Sequence record: SRR22947725_241
Length of the DNA: 56,047 nt
Reading direction: 5' to 3' (one strand)
The stretch's first letter is position 1. Each line of letters starts with the position of its first letter. The position numbers were made by a program, and so were the translations under genes. The notes under the pieces are model-generated. The model was not told the DNA's origin. It did not search any database and saw only the letters and a list, made by a program, of their open reading frames with translations. Shown here piece after piece: positions 39,883 through 50,704 of the stretch.

Positions 39883-40737
39883 TCATCCCCCCCTGCCCAT
39901 CAGCCTGCGCATTCGACGCCAAACCCGCTGACGCAACTGTTCAGAACGAGACAGTCGACTGTCGTATTCAGGACGCTTCCACATTCGTTGCCGCCCAGCA
40001 AATTCTCCGATGATGTTGATGCTTCGACGTCGTTCGATCGGCTGCAGACGAGGCGACACGCTATGGACCGCCCCAAAAACATTGAGGAACAAACAGAAGG
40101 TGTTGGGTCGATACGGGATGGTGCGCACCGGCGTATGCAATGCAGAGGGCAGTTGTCGGCCGGTCGCCTTGTCGAGTCGACGGATTGGCTGATCAAGCCG
40201 ATGAACCGTGAAGTCACCACCAGCAGCTCGGTCCTCAGGCTTCCGCATGTAGAGCAACCCGGCATAGATCTCCTTCGGGTTATCGACGTGAGCGGGCTGA
40301 GTGGTGGCCTCAGCACCCACCGGCTCATTCAGCACGAATTGGCAATCGGTCACCAGGTCACCCCGTGGTCCCATGCGTCGAGGCGTCACCGATCCCTGCC
40401 ACAACTGATGCAGTTGTTCTGAACCGATTGCTCTTAACAACTGAGGTTCAAATAAACGAACAACATCTCGCAGGTAGTCCGAGCTTGTGTGAAACCGCAA
40501 AAAGTCGACCCAAATCGGGGCAAGGTCCCCCCACTGCATGGCCTCCGCCACCTTCAAACGCCGGGTTGGACTCCCAGCATCCAGCCGCTGAATCCGCTCC
40601 AGCATCCATTGCTCCGGAAACGTTGCCTCGAGCTCTTGGTAGAGGGCATCCGGAAGCGCTTGTTCCACACAGGCATGGGGGTAGGGATCGGTCTGAATCG
40701 ATCGCACCGCCTGTAAACAGCTCAGACGCTCCCCCAT
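39883..40737 (-). CDS. 2-oxoglutarate/Fe(II) oxygenase-like protein
   Basis: HVD...AGLLY...GGDF...H(SVSP)R...RRSIN: HxD..H facial triad plus an RxS motif. Confidence 0.75.
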   Translation of the reverse strand: MGERLSCLQAVRSIQTDPYPHACVEQALPDALYQELEATFPEQWMLERIQRLDAGSPTRRLKVAEAMQWGDLAPIWVDFLRFHTSSDYLRDVVRLFEPQLLRAIGSEQLHQLWQGSVTPRRMGPRGDLVTDCQFVLNEPVGAEATTQPAHVDNPKEIYAGLLYMRKPEDRAAGGDFTVHRLDQPIRRLDKATGRQLPSALHTPVRTIPYRPNTFCLFLNVFGAVHSVSPRLQPIERRRSINIIGEFAGRQRMWKRPEYDSRLSRSEQLRQRVWRRMRRLMGRGG

Positions 40738-40771
40738 GACATCACCCCATCAGGGACGAGCTTGGCAGAGC

Positions 40772-41122
40772 TCAAGCCTGCAGCTCTAAGCAGCGACACA
40801 AATGATCAATGGCGTGCTGGCGATGACGCTGCATTGGGCTCAGACCGATAACCCCCAACCAGAAACGGCCATTGTCCTGACAGACCAACACTGGCTTCGC
40901 TGCTCCTTTGCCGTGGGAGTCCAGCAACGACATACAAAGCTTTTCAGCCACCTCAGCCCCCTTGGGTCGCTGGCGCAAACGTCGCAACAACGGGTCGACC
41001 TGAGAAAACGAAACAAAGCTGGCTCGCTCGGAGTCGGTCACCAGGATCAAGCCATCGAGCCACTGCACGTCTTGCAGCAGATCCTCAATGTCGGACAACA
41101 AATTCGGGAGAGGAAAAGCCAA
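40772..41122 (-). CDS. Conserved hypothetical protein
   Basis: Protein-like ORF in an operon-like run between menG and the oxygenase. Confidence 0.7.
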   Translation of the reverse strand: MAFPLPNLLSDIEDLLQDVQWLDGLILVTDSERASFVSFSQVDPLLRRLRQRPKGAEVAEKLCMSLLDSHGKGAAKPVLVCQDNGRFWLGVIGLSPMQRHRQHAIDHLCRCLELQA

Positions 41123-41202
41123 GAGGAATCCTCCTTCTTTATCTTTTCTTCAGCTTCTATAGAACGAGTTGATGGCTGGCCGCAAGCCGCGCAAGCAAAG
41201 CT

Positions 41203-41904
41203 TCATGCGCGAAGCATGAGACAGCCCATTTGCCCCCCAACCATGGGCTGATGCTGAACCTCTGAAAACCCAGCTCGACGGGCCAAAGCCTCCTGTTCAT
41301 GCCCCATCGGGAAGCGCTGCAAACTCTCCTCGAGGTAGGCATATTCATCCTTTAAGCCCACGAAAGCAGCGATCGGAACCACCAGTCTGCGGAGGTAAAG
41401 GCGCTGAAACTGCGCCGCTGCCGTGCCGGGCAGCAAACGATTGAAATCGAGCACGGCTGCGCGGCCGCCCCGTTTCAACACGCGACGCATTTCTTCAAGA
41501 CCACGGGCGGGATCAGCCAGGTTTCGCAAGCCATAGGCCATCACCAAGCCATCGGCACTGCCCGATGACAATCCCGTCTCCAGGGCATCACCTTGTTGAA
41601 ACCTCACCGGTAACCACGGCTGACGCTGCTGACGCGCCTCAGCCAGGTGCAGAGGGGCCGCAGCGGCATCCACACCAATCACCCGCCCACCGGGACGCAC
41701 ACAGCGGGCAAGCTCCAAGGCCAAATCACCGGTGCCGCAGCACAAATCAAGCCAATGCTCTCCAGCGACAGGCCTCAACGCACGGACCACTTGCCGCTTC
41801 CACTGCCGATGCAAGCCAAAACTCAGAACATCATTGAGTCGGTCGTACCGAGGAGCAACAGCATCAAAAAGCTGCTCAACAGCAGTGGGATCTCCAGGTT
41901 TCAT
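41203..41904 (-). CDS. menG: Demethylphylloquinol methyltransferase (UbiE/MenG)
   Basis: [27 protein letters not shown]. Confidence 0.93.
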   Translation of the reverse strand: MKPGDPTAVEQLFDAVAPRYDRLNDVLSFGLHRQWKRQVVRALRPVAGEHWLDLCCGTGDLALELARCVRPGGRVIGVDAAAAPLHLAEARQQRQPWLPVRFQQGDALETGLSSGSADGLVMAYGLRNLADPARGLEEMRRVLKRGGRAAVLDFNRLLPGTAAAQFQRLYLRRLVVPIAAFVGLKDEYAYLEESLQRFPMGHEQEALARRAGFSEVQHQPMVGGQMGCLMLRA

Positions 41905-42677
41905 GGTCGGATGTTGAGACCACGAGCCAATAAATCGGCTTTGATTTGCTCCACGGTAAGAACGCCGTCGTGAAGCAACGATGCCAACAAGGCTGCTGAG
42001 GCGTGGCCTCCCTCAGGCCCGGTCTTCAATGCCGCCGCAATGTGATCCAAACACCCTGCTCCACCAGAAGCAATGACGGGCACTTGAACGGCAGCCGCCA
42101 CCGCACGGGTGAGCTCGAGGTCGTACCCAGCTTGTGTTCCATCACCATCCATCGAGGTGAGCAGGATCTCGCCTGCCCCCAAGTCCGTGACCTGTTGCGC
42201 CCAGCTCACCACATCAAGACCGGTGTTATCCCGTCCTCCTTTGACATAAACGTCCCAGCCATCCGACCCGTTCGTGCGTCGTCGCGCGTCGATGGCGACA
42301 ACAATGCATTGACAACCAAAATGCTGCGCTCCTTCACGCACCAGCTCCGGCCTCCGCACGGCGGAGGAATTCAAGCTCACCTTGTCGGCACCGGCACGCA
42401 GCAATTCTGTGATCCCCTCCACCGAAGAAATCCCACCACCCACGGTGAACGGGATCGTCACCGACTCGGCAGTTCGTCGCACTAAATCCACAAGCGTGGC
42501 GCGTCCTTCATGGCTCGCGGCGATGTCTAGAAACACCAATTCATCAGCACCAGCAAGGCTGTAACGGCATGCCAGCTCCACCGGATCGCCGGCATCGCGA
42601 AGGCCCACGAAGTTGATGCCCTTCACCACCCGTCCACCGGCTACATCGAGGCAAGGAATAAGACGTAGGGCAACCAT
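41901..42677 (-). CDS. hisF: Imidazole glycerol phosphate synthase cyclase subunit
   Basis: [36 protein letters not shown]; start at ATG 42677. Confidence 0.97.
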   Translation of the reverse strand: MVALRLIPCLDVAGGRVVKGINFVGLRDAGDPVELACRYSLAGADELVFLDIAASHEGRATLVDLVRRTAESVTIPFTVGGGISSVEGITELLRAGADKVSLNSSAVRRPELVREGAQHFGCQCIVVAIDARRRTNGSDGWDVYVKGGRDNTGLDVVSWAQQVTDLGAGEILLTSMDGDGTQAGYDLELTRAVAAAVQVPVIASGGAGCLDHIAAALKTGPEGGHASAALLASLLHDGVLTVEQIKADLLARGLNIRP

Positions 42678-42734
42678 GGTTCTGAGCGCAAAAGCGACTG
42701 TTAAGGTTGCGCCACTCTCCAAGCCTCGCAGGCC

Positions 42735-42950
42735 ATGTCCCAGGCTGCATCGATCACCATCGGATCCAAAATCCGGATTTCTCGTGTCAGAGATCGGATT
42801 CCCCAAAATTTGGTTGATCTCCTCAAGAAAGACCCCACTGGAACCGTTAAAGAGTTCCGGACCGTTGACGGCAAAGGCATCGGCGTGGTGGTTGATCTGA
42901 GCGATGGCTCCACCAGCTGGTTTTTTGAAGACGAAATCACCGCTGCCTGA
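42735..42950 (+). CDS. petP: Cytochrome b6f-associated protein PetP (DUF2862)
   Basis: [29 protein letters not shown]; upstream of chlG. Confidence 0.85.
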   Translation: MSQAASITIGSKIRISRVRDRIPQNLVDLLKKDPTGTVKEFRTVDGKGIGVVVDLSDGSTSWFFEDEITAA

Positions 42951-42961
42951 GTTCGGATTCT

Positions 42962-43915
42962 GTGAGCGACGCACGTCAGCTGCTGGGAATGAAAGGTGCC
43001 TCAGGCACCACCAATATTTGGAAGCTGCGCTTGCAGCTGATGAAACCGGTCACCTGGATTCCTTTGATCTGGGGGGTGATTTGCGGCGCAGCAGCCAGCG
43101 GGAATTACCACTGGCAGCTCGATCACGTGCTTGCGGCGTTCGCCTGCATGCTGATGAGTGGGCCCTTACTGGCTGGGTTCACCCAGACCATTAACGACTA
43201 CTACGACAGGGACATCGACGCCATCAATGAGCCATACCGGCCCATTCCCTCTGGAGCGATCTCCCTCGGACAAGTCAAAGTTCAAATCTGGGTCTTGCTG
43301 CTCGCGGGTCTCGGCATGTCCTACGGCCTGGATGTGTGGGCTCAGCACACCACACCGGTGGTGTTCCTGCTGGCACTTGGCGGCTCCTTTGTGAGCTTTA
43401 TCTACTCAGCCCCCCCGTTGAAGTTGAAGCAGAACGGCTGGCTGGGGAACTATGCCCTCGGTGCGAGCTACATCGCCTTGCCTTGGTGGGCCGGCCAAGC
43501 CTTGTTTGGGCAGCTCACTTGGACGACAGCACTGCTCACCCTGGCCTACAGCTTGGCTGGCCTAGGTATTGCGGTGGTGAACGATTTCAAAAGCGTTGAG
43601 GGCGACCGTGCCCTCGGACTTCAATCCCTGCCTGTGGTGTTTGGCATCAAACGTGCCAGCTGGATTAGTGCAGGAATGATTGATATCTTTCAACTCGCGA
43701 TGGTGGGTGTATTGATCGCCATTGGCCAGCACTTTGCCGCGGTTCTTTTGGTGCTGTTGATCATTCCCCAAATCACATTCCAAGACATCTGGCTGTTGAC
43801 CGACCCCGTTGAATTTGATGTGAAATATCAAGCCAGTGCGCAACCGTTCTTGGTTCTTGGCATGTTGGTAACAGCATTGGCAGTGGGCCATAGTTCTCTG
43901 ACCCAGGTGATGTGA
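42962..43915 (+). CDS. chlG: Chlorophyll synthase
   Basis: [38 protein letters not shown]. Confidence 0.97.
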   Translation: MSDARQLLGMKGASGTTNIWKLRLQLMKPVTWIPLIWGVICGAAASGNYHWQLDHVLAAFACMLMSGPLLAGFTQTINDYYDRDIDAINEPYRPIPSGAISLGQVKVQIWVLLLAGLGMSYGLDVWAQHTTPVVFLLALGGSFVSFIYSAPPLKLKQNGWLGNYALGASYIALPWWAGQALFGQLTWTTALLTLAYSLAGLGIAVVNDFKSVEGDRALGLQSLPVVFGIKRASWISAGMIDIFQLAMVGVLIAIGQHFAAVLLVLLIIPQITFQDIWLLTDPVEFDVKYQASAQPFLVLGMLVTALAVGHSSLTQVM

Positions 43916-46002
43916 ATCGCACCCGTCTCCATTGGGCACTTATTGCAGGGACAGCGGCTGCTGTTGGCGTCGGAGCAGCCCTAGGAACCCGTGCGATCAC
44001 GCAACTGGTTGATTCGACGCTGCCCGATGCGCGGGGAATCGCCAGCTTCAATCGACCAGGGACCATCACGCTGCTCTCGTCCCAGGGCAAGATCATCCAA
44101 AAGTTGGGTCCTGCGACTCGAGAAAAGATCAAACCAGGTGCCATGCCCCTGGTGGTTCAAAACGCTTTTATTGCCGCGGAAGACCGCCGGTTTTTTCAGC
44201 ACGATGGCGTCGACGTTTGGGGCATTGCACGGGCGGTGGTTACCAACGTGCGACAGGGTGCCGTGCGTGAGGGGGCGAGCACGATCACGCAACAATTGGC
44301 TCGGATCGTTTTTCTGAGCCAAGACCGCACCATTACGCGCAAACTGAAGGAAGCCGCTCTGGCACTCAAGCTTGAGCGGCAACTCAGTAAGCAACAAATT
44401 CTTGAGCAATACCTGAACTATGTGTATCTGGGCTCAGGTGCCTATGGCGTTTCAGATGCAGCCTGGATTTACTTCTCAAAAACCACCGATCAGCTGACGG
44501 TTGCCGAGGCTGCCTTGATCGCAGGACTCCCACCTGCACCGTCAATTTATTCACCCTTGGTGAATCCAGATTTAGCGCGAAAGCAGCGGGCTTTAGTGCT
44601 TGATCGCATGGCCCAATCTGGGTCGATTAGCCGCGTGGAAGCCGAACGAGCAAGTGCCTCCCCCCTCGCACTAAGGCCGGCCACACCCAAGTATTTCAAC
44701 AGCTCCGCTCCTTACTTCACCACCTGGGTGGCTCAAGAATTACCCAAGCTGGTGACCCCAGAACAATTGGAGGTGGGCGGGCTCAAGGTGAGAACCAGCT
44801 TGAACCTTGATTGGCAAACAAAAGCCCGTGATGTAATCCTCAAAAACGCCCCTTTCGATACCGAAGGCGTCATGGTGTCGATCGAACCGGGCACTGGCCT
44901 CGTTCGGGTGATGGTTGGAGGTCGCAACTTTTACGAGAGCCAGTTCAACCGAGCCACCTTGGCGCTGCGCTCCCCAGGCTCCACCTTCAAGCTGTTCCCC
45001 TACGCCACAGCCATCGACCTGGGCATTAAACCGGAAACCATTGTTCTCGATAAAAAGCGCTGCTGGAATGGATATTGCCCGAAGAATTTTGGCAATAAGT
45101 ATTACGGAAAAGTATCGCTTGCGAATGCTCTGAAGAACTCCCTCAACACCGTGGCTGTGCAACTGCAAGACATCGTGGGGTTCGACGCCATCATCAACAC
45201 CGCCAACAAATTTGAGATCGGCACCGAACGCCCCCTCGGCAAGTACTACCCGATGGCGATTGGTGCCTACGAGCAAACAGTTCTGGATATGGCCGCGGCC
45301 TATGCCGGTGTTGCCAACCGTGGCGTTTTCGTCAAACCCACTCCCTTTGAGGAAATCCGCGGGCCAGAAAGCAACATTCTCTGGAGCCGACGGGTGGATG
45401 GAGACCGGGGACGGCGGGCTCTCGATAGCGATGTGGCCGATGCGATGAACTGGATGTTCCAGCGCGTGGTGTCCGGTGGAACCGGCATTGCAGCGAAACT
45501 CGACGATCGTCAGGTCGCCGGGAAAACCGGCACCTCAGAAGGTGCACGGGACTTGTGGTTTATCGGTTCTATCCCCCAACTCACCACTGCGGTGTGGTTC
45601 GGCTACGACGACAACCGAGAAACCAAAAGCAACAGTGGCGAGGCCGCATGGGCGTGGAAACAGTTCATGCTTCAAATCAAAGAGGAACTCCCCGTTCAGG
45701 CGTTCCCGGCCAAACCTGAGCTGAATCGTCCCTGGCGAGTGCCTGGCAAAAAGAAACCGAAGAAGACCGACAAAAAGGCTGCTTACCTCGGCTACGAGCA
45801 CGAGAGCGAACCCCCGCAGACAGAACGGGGCGACGCCCCACCCGTTGGTGAACCTCGAGCAACAGACATTCAGTTCCCTTTGGAGATTGCGCCGCCGGCA
45901 CCCATGCCACCACCGAACGAGAGCCAAGCACCTGCTCCGAGCACCCAACCGAAACAGAATTGGATGAAGCCACGTATTCAGGAGCGGCGCTGGACCCGCT
46001 GA
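43912..46002 (+). CDS. Class A penicillin-binding protein
   Basis: EDRRF and GASTITQQ transglycosylase motifs; STFK, SLN and KTG transpeptidase motifs. Confidence 0.95.
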   Translation: MNRTRLHWALIAGTAAAVGVGAALGTRAITQLVDSTLPDARGIASFNRPGTITLLSSQGKIIQKLGPATREKIKPGAMPLVVQNAFIAAEDRRFFQHDGVDVWGIARAVVTNVRQGAVREGASTITQQLARIVFLSQDRTITRKLKEAALALKLERQLSKQQILEQYLNYVYLGSGAYGVSDAAWIYFSKTTDQLTVAEAALIAGLPPAPSIYSPLVNPDLARKQRALVLDRMAQSGSISRVEAERASASPLALRPATPKYFNSSAPYFTTWVAQELPKLVTPEQLEVGGLKVRTSLNLDWQTKARDVILKNAPFDTEGVMVSIEPGTGLVRVMVGGRNFYESQFNRATLALRSPGSTFKLFPYATAIDLGIKPETIVLDKKRCWNGYCPKNFGNKYYGKVSLANALKNSLNTVAVQLQDIVGFDAIINTANKFEIGTERPLGKYYPMAIGAYEQTVLDMAAAYAGVANRGVFVKPTPFEEIRGPESNILWSRRVDGDRGRRALDSDVADAMNWMFQRVVSGGTGIAAKLDDRQVAGKTGTSEGARDLWFIGSIPQLTTAVWFGYDDNRETKSNSGEAAWAWKQFMLQIKEELPVQAFPAKPELNRPWRVPGKKKPKKTDKKAAYLGYEHESEPPQTERGDAPPVGEPRATDIQFPLEIAPPAPMPPPNESQAPAPSTQPKQNWMKPRIQERRWTR

Positions 46003-47315
46003 AGAACGGCGGCATAAAACCCATCACCTCCCTCCTCAGCATCCGGCCATCGTTGTTGTTCTTTCAGCAAGGTCAACCCAGGGCAACGGCTGAGTAGATC
46101 GGCAATTTGCTGACCATTTTCATCTGGGTGCATCGTGCAAGTGGCATACACAAGGCGTCCCCCGGGAGCCAATAGGGGGCTAAGGCCGTCTAACAACGCC
46201 TGTTGCTGCGGAAGCAAATCTTGAATGGCTTTGGGTGTCATCCGCCAACGCGCATCGGGATGGCGGGCCAAGGTGCCCAACCCCGAGCACGGTGCATCGA
46301 TCAGGATCGATTGAAAGGTTTCACACCACTCGGGGCGCTCCTTGGAGAGCAATGCCGCATCAGCGGCCAAAGCCTGAATCGAACCGAGTCCAAGCCTCGC
46401 CGCATTCACAGCCACACGCTTGAGACGTCCTGCAGAACGATCAATGGCCCAAATTTCACCCACATCACCAACGAGTTCCGCAAGGTGTGTGGCCTTTCCG
46501 CCCGGGGCTGCACAAGCATCCAAAATCCGATCTCCAGGCTTGGGCTCAAGGAGTGGAGACACCCACTGGGCAGCACGGTCTTGCACACACCAATGCCCCT
46601 CCGCATATCCCGGCCAATTGCGCAGATCTCCGCTGTGTCCCAACACCTGTACCCCGTCTGCACAGCCTGAAATCGGACGCGTTTCGATTCCCGACTCCGC
46701 CAAATCACGACCCACCTGCTCAGGCGACGACCGCATCCGATTGACGCGCAGATCAAGGTCGGGCACTTGATTACAAGCGGCAGCGACCGCTGCGGCACCC
46801 TCCGGGCCTCGCCATTCAATCAGCGATGCTCCCAACCAATCAGGCAAGGAATTCTGCTGAGCCAACCGAATCGCTGGGTCGGCGGAGAACTCCAGGGTTT
46901 CGCCTGCTTCATGGGCTCGTAGCACCCCCCGAAGCAGGCCATTCACCACCGGGGCCAAGCGGGCTAGGCCAGACATCTTGGCCAATTCCACCGTGGTGTT
47001 TACAGCTGCCGAGGAGGGAATCCGCTCCATCAACAGCAGCTGATACAGCCCCACATGCAACAACCAGCGCAACTTCGGTGGTTGCTTCGAGGCCGGCACC
47101 TTTCCATGGCGGTCGAGCCAAGCATCCAAGACACGACGCTGACGAATCGCGCCATAGGCCAGTTCCGTTGCCAAGCCTCGATCCGGTCCCCGCAGGGGAT
47201 GGTCCCGGAGGCAGCGTTCTAACGCCACATCCGCATAGGCCCCGGCTGCAACCGCCTGCAACACCTTCGATGCCAGCTGACGTGGCGCAATTCCAATGCT
47301 CGCAGGGGTGGTCAA
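45978..47315 (-). CDS. rsmB: 16S rRNA m5C967 methyltransferase
   Basis: NusB-like N-terminus, DACAAPGGK, DAPCSG, YATCT. Confidence 0.95.
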   Translation of the reverse strand: MTTPASIGIAPRQLASKVLQAVAAGAYADVALERCLRDHPLRGPDRGLATELAYGAIRQRRVLDAWLDRHGKVPASKQPPKLRWLLHVGLYQLLLMERIPSSAAVNTTVELAKMSGLARLAPVVNGLLRGVLRAHEAGETLEFSADPAIRLAQQNSLPDWLGASLIEWRGPEGAAAVAAACNQVPDLDLRVNRMRSSPEQVGRDLAESGIETRPISGCADGVQVLGHSGDLRNWPGYAEGHWCVQDRAAQWVSPLLEPKPGDRILDACAAPGGKATHLAELVGDVGEIWAIDRSAGRLKRVAVNAARLGLGSIQALAADAALLSKERPEWCETFQSILIDAPCSGLGTLARHPDARWRMTPKAIQDLLPQQQALLDGLSPLLAPGGRLVYATCTMHPDENGQQIADLLSRCPGLTLLKEQQRWPDAEEGGDGFYAAVLQRVQRRS

Positions 47316-47318
47316 GGG

Positions 47319-47681
47319 CTATGGGGTGAATGCACCAGAGATAGCGACTGGATGCCAAAGAAACCGCTTCAACGGCAAACGACCTTCTTGATCCACTGGA
47401 ATTCCCTCCGTGATCAGCAGTTCTCGTTGCATCCAGTCGCTGCCTTCACGGCTCGGGCTCATTGAAATTTGCCCTTTGGCATTTACAACGCGATGCCAAG
47501 GCACATCGCTCGGCAGGGGAAGCCGCCGAAGCGCCCAACCCACCTGCCGCGCTCAGCCCCAAGCACCAATCAAATCAGCGATCTGACCGTAGGTGGCAAG
47601 CCGCCCATGGGGGATTTGCTCCACAACGGACCAAACACGTTGATCGAAGCTTGGTTGAACAAAAGATTCATCACTTGCCAC
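47319..47681 (-). pseudogene. Alkyltransferase-like (ATL/YbaZ, MGMT family) gene interrupted by an in-frame TGA
   Basis: FDQRVWSVVEQIPHGRLATYGQIADLIGAWG*ARQVGWAL...VPWHRVVN; TGA at 47555-47553. Confidence 0.85.
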
Positions 47682-47726
47682 AACTGCACTGTTTGTCTTC
47701 AAACTGTGGATCGACCCGTCCTGTTC

Positions 47727-48599
47727 ATGGCCAAAAATTCCTCAGCAAAAAAGCTCAACACAACAGTGCTTCGCAGCTCGAAGGGCACCAAATTAGGCAA
47801 TTCCCACAATGTCTTGGTGAATTACCAAGGTTCATTGCTCGATGGGACAGAATTTGATGCGAGCTACGACTTCACGACGTTCGAAGCTGTCGAAGGCCGA
47901 ACCCCCTTCGATTTCCAGCTTGGGGCAGGTCAAGTAATTCAGGGCTGGGACAAAGGCCTTGTCGGTCGCCGTCTCGGGGAAGTGGTGGAACTCACGATTC
48001 CTGCTGATCTCGCCTACGGGGAGGAGGGTGCTGGAGACCGAATCCCCCCCGATAGCCCACTGACCTTCAAGATCGAAGTTCTCGCAGCCGCTGCTCCCGA
48101 AGACCAGCAGTGGACTCCTGGGACCTTTAAAGACATCGGTGTCAACACCAAAAAGCTTGGCCTGACGGATTCGATGCTCGAGCTGATTGAACAAAACAAA
48201 ATCGGACTCAACGGTAACGATGCACTGATTGGAGGCGATCAAACAGATTTGCTAATCGGCCTCAAGGGCAATGACCGTCTTGTGGGCAACCGGGGCGGAG
48301 ATGTGCTGATCGGCGGGAAAGGAAAAAACAGATTTGTCTACACCGCAATCAATGACTCCCCCAATCGCAACGGAGAACAGGATCAAATTCTCGGCTTCAG
48401 CAAAAAAGACAAACTTGACCTGAGCGGGTTCGATCAAAAGCTGCGTTTCATCGACGGTGATGCCTTCAAAGGAACGGCCGGGGACGTACGGTTCAAAAAG
48501 GGAACCTTGGAAATGGACCACGACGGCGATGGTTCCGCAGATTTTGCGGTTCTGATGTCGGGCGTGAAGTCCTTGAAAGGCTCGAACCTGATTCTTTGA
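47727..48599 (+). CDS. FKBP-type peptidyl-prolyl isomerase fused to RTX repeats and a serralysin-like C-terminal domain
   Basis: VNYQGSLLDGTEFDAS, QVIQGWDKG, IPADLAYG; GGD..DLLIG.KGND.L.G..GGDVLIGG.G; DKLDLS...DGDGSADF. Confidence 0.9.
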   Translation: MAKNSSAKKLNTTVLRSSKGTKLGNSHNVLVNYQGSLLDGTEFDASYDFTTFEAVEGRTPFDFQLGAGQVIQGWDKGLVGRRLGEVVELTIPADLAYGEEGAGDRIPPDSPLTFKIEVLAAAAPEDQQWTPGTFKDIGVNTKKLGLTDSMLELIEQNKIGLNGNDALIGGDQTDLLIGLKGNDRLVGNRGGDVLIGGKGKNRFVYTAINDSPNRNGEQDQILGFSKKDKLDLSGFDQKLRFIDGDAFKGTAGDVRFKKGTLEMDHDGDGSADFAVLMSGVKSLKGSNLIL

Positions 48600-48614
48600 C
48601 GATCAACTCTGTCG

Positions 48615-49304
48615 ATGCCCCTGCTGCCTCGTCGGTTTGAACGACTCAAGTCCGTCTTGAACCACCGCATGGCGGATCTCACTGTGCTGCTCGAGCACGT
48701 GGAGAAGCCCCATAACCTCTCGGCCATCCTGCGCAGCTGCGATGCCGTTGGAGCCCTTGAGGCCCATGCCGTGAGTTTTGCCGGACGGCCTCGCACGTAC
48801 AACAGCACCGCACAAGGAAGCCAAAAGTGGGTGCCTTTGCACGATCATCCCGACATCGAGACGGCGATCAGTGTTCTGAAGGCCAAAGGATTCCGCTTGT
48901 ATGGCACCCATCTCGGTACGAATGCCAGGGACTATCGCGACTGCGATTTCACCGGCCCTACAGCATTTGTGCTTGGAGCAGAGAAATGGGGCCTGAGCGA
49001 TCCAGCGCGGGATCTCATGGATGAAGCCCTGTTCATTCCGATGCGCGGCATGGTGCAGTCTTTGAACGTGTCCGTCGCCACAGCCACGCTGCTGTTCGAA
49101 TCACTTCGCCAACGACAAGCCGCGGGAGTCGCCCCCAGCCATGGAGAAGGGCTGACTCCAGAGCACTACCAACAACTGCTGGTCGAATGGTCGTACCCCG
49201 AGGTAGCGGCCTGGTGCCGTGAGCAAAACAGGTCTTATCCAGACCTCAATGAACAGGGGGAACTGATGGAAGAGTTGCCGCGCACGGTGAAGTTGCGCTG
49301 CTGA
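48615..49304 (+). CDS. trmH: tRNA (guanosine-18 2'-O)-methyltransferase
   Basis: KPHNLSAILRSCDAVG, GAEKWG, IPMRGMVQSLNVSVA. Confidence 0.93.
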   Translation: MPLLPRRFERLKSVLNHRMADLTVLLEHVEKPHNLSAILRSCDAVGALEAHAVSFAGRPRTYNSTAQGSQKWVPLHDHPDIETAISVLKAKGFRLYGTHLGTNARDYRDCDFTGPTAFVLGAEKWGLSDPARDLMDEALFIPMRGMVQSLNVSVATATLLFESLRQRQAAGVAPSHGEGLTPEHYQQLLVEWSYPEVAAWCREQNRSYPDLNEQGELMEELPRTVKLRC

Positions 49305-49369
49305 AACTTCATCAAATCTTGTTTCTCACACATCGTTGAGCCATAACTGCATCAGTTGCTTTGTCAGGG

Positions 49370-49543
49370 ATGGATCACAAACAGATGCATCAGTACGCGG
49401 TGACGTATCACTGCGGCAAGGACTGGGGCGAGGAAATGGTCCAATCCGTGGATCTTGGCCATGCCGTGGAGGCCGCCCATGCGATCTTCCCGAGTTCCTG
49501 CAGAATCTCGATCCGGGAAGTGAAGCCCAAGACCCAGGGCTAA
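49370..49543 (+). CDS. Small conserved hypothetical protein
   Basis: HQYAVTYHCG...DLGHAVEAAHAIFPSSCRISIREV; compact protein-like ORF. Confidence 0.65.
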   Translation: MDHKQMHQYAVTYHCGKDWGEEMVQSVDLGHAVEAAHAIFPSSCRISIREVKPKTQG

Positions 49544-49554
49544 ATCATCCCGAT

Positions 49555-49773
49555 TTAGGAGGGGGGGCGATGCGCTCTCGGCAACAAAAAGGCGATGAGC
49601 AGAGCAGCCCCCTCCAACAGCACACTGCGATTGAGCAGCACCACCAGCATCACGGCAGTGATGGCAATGATCTTCTCGAGAAGACCGATCACGTCGTCGG
49701 AGTTGTCGCGACCGATCAGCCACAGCAGAACAGCGGCTGTGAGGAATAGAACGGTCACCCCCCAAGACATCAA
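49555..49773 (-). CDS. Small membrane protein
   Basis: Three hydrophobic segments; downstream of dppC. Confidence 0.6.
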   Translation of the reverse strand: MMSWGVTVLFLTAAVLLWLIGRDNSDDVIGLLEKIIAITAVMLVVLLNRSVLLEGAALLIAFLLPRAHRPPS

Positions 49774-49801
49774 CGGTTCCCTGACTTCACCAGTGTGAGG
49801 T

Positions 49802-50623
49802 TCAGTCTGATGCTGGACGTGCTTCGCCGCCGCTCACCCACGCTTCGATCCCCTCACCAAGGAAGGAGAGACCGAGCACAAGGATGAACATCGCCAACCC
49901 CGGGAAGAGGGCCGTCCACCACACGCCCGTGGGGACAGCTGCCAGGGCGAGGTTCAAATCCCCTCCCCACTCCGGCACCGTTTCAGGCAAGCCAAGCCCG
50001 AGAAAGCCAAGGCCGCCCAACACCAAAACGGCATCAGCAGCATTCAAGGTGAGCAACACCGGCACCGACGTGATCACATTGCGGAACAGGTAGCGCCGCA
50101 AGATCCATACCGGTCCTGCCCCAAGCGACTGGGCCGCTTCCACAAACAACTCGCTTTTAACCTGCGCCGTTTGGTTGCGCACCACCCGGAAGTACTGGGG
50201 CACGTAGACAACGCACAGGGCCGCTGCGGCATTGGGGATGCCCTTACCGAGTAGGAACGCCAACACCACCGACAACAACAACACCGGAAGGGTGTAGAGG
50301 GTGTCCATCAGCAGCACCAGCGTTCGATCGATCGCGCCGCCGAAATAACCGCTCACCATTCCGAGGGGAACACCCAACACCAGAGCAAAGCCCACAGCGA
50401 GCATCACCACCTGGAGGGCCACACCACTTCCGGCCATCGTGCGAACACACACATCCCGACCCAAGCGATCGGTGCCACACCAGTGGCTCCAACTCGGGCT
50501 GTTGTAAATCGGGTTGGACAGTCCGGCATTGGCATCGGGAAGCCAACCCCAGTGCATCAACACTGGGGTGATCAAGGCCACCAGCACGTACAGCCCAACA
50601 ATCACCAGCCCCCAACGGGCCAT
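49802..50623 (-). CDS. dppC: Peptide/nickel ABC transporter permease (DppC-like)
   Basis: HWCGTDRLGRD, EAAQSLGA EAA motif, LGFLGLG, PEWG; start may lie further upstream. Confidence 0.88.
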   Translation of the reverse strand: MARWGLVIVGLYVLVALITPVLMHWGWLPDANAGLSNPIYNSPSWSHWCGTDRLGRDVCVRTMAGSGVALQVVMLAVGFALVLGVPLGMVSGYFGGAIDRTLVLLMDTLYTLPVLLLSVVLAFLLGKGIPNAAAALCVVYVPQYFRVVRNQTAQVKSELFVEAAQSLGAGPVWILRRYLFRNVITSVPVLLTLNAADAVLVLGGLGFLGLGLPETVPEWGGDLNLALAAVPTGVWWTALFPGLAMFILVLGLSFLGEGIEAWVSGGEARPASD

Positions 50624-50704
50624 TCGAAAGGAGAGGCTGCGGATCACAGGCCTTAAACGGTCCGAATTCAGTGCATTGTCCACCGAACTGAGAAGAATGG
50701 GGAG

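Noticed and set aside
42678-42974. N-terminal extension of the hisF ORF
   Set aside because: It is antisense to petP; HisF homology begins at [11 protein letters not shown].
47553-47555. Selenocysteine codon in the ATL gene
   Set aside because: The position is not catalytic, no convincing SECIS hairpin is visible, and marine Synechococcus are not known to encode Sec machinery.
47469-47726. N-terminal extension of the FKBP ORF
   Set aside because: It is antisense to the ATL gene; ATG 47727 gives a sensible start.
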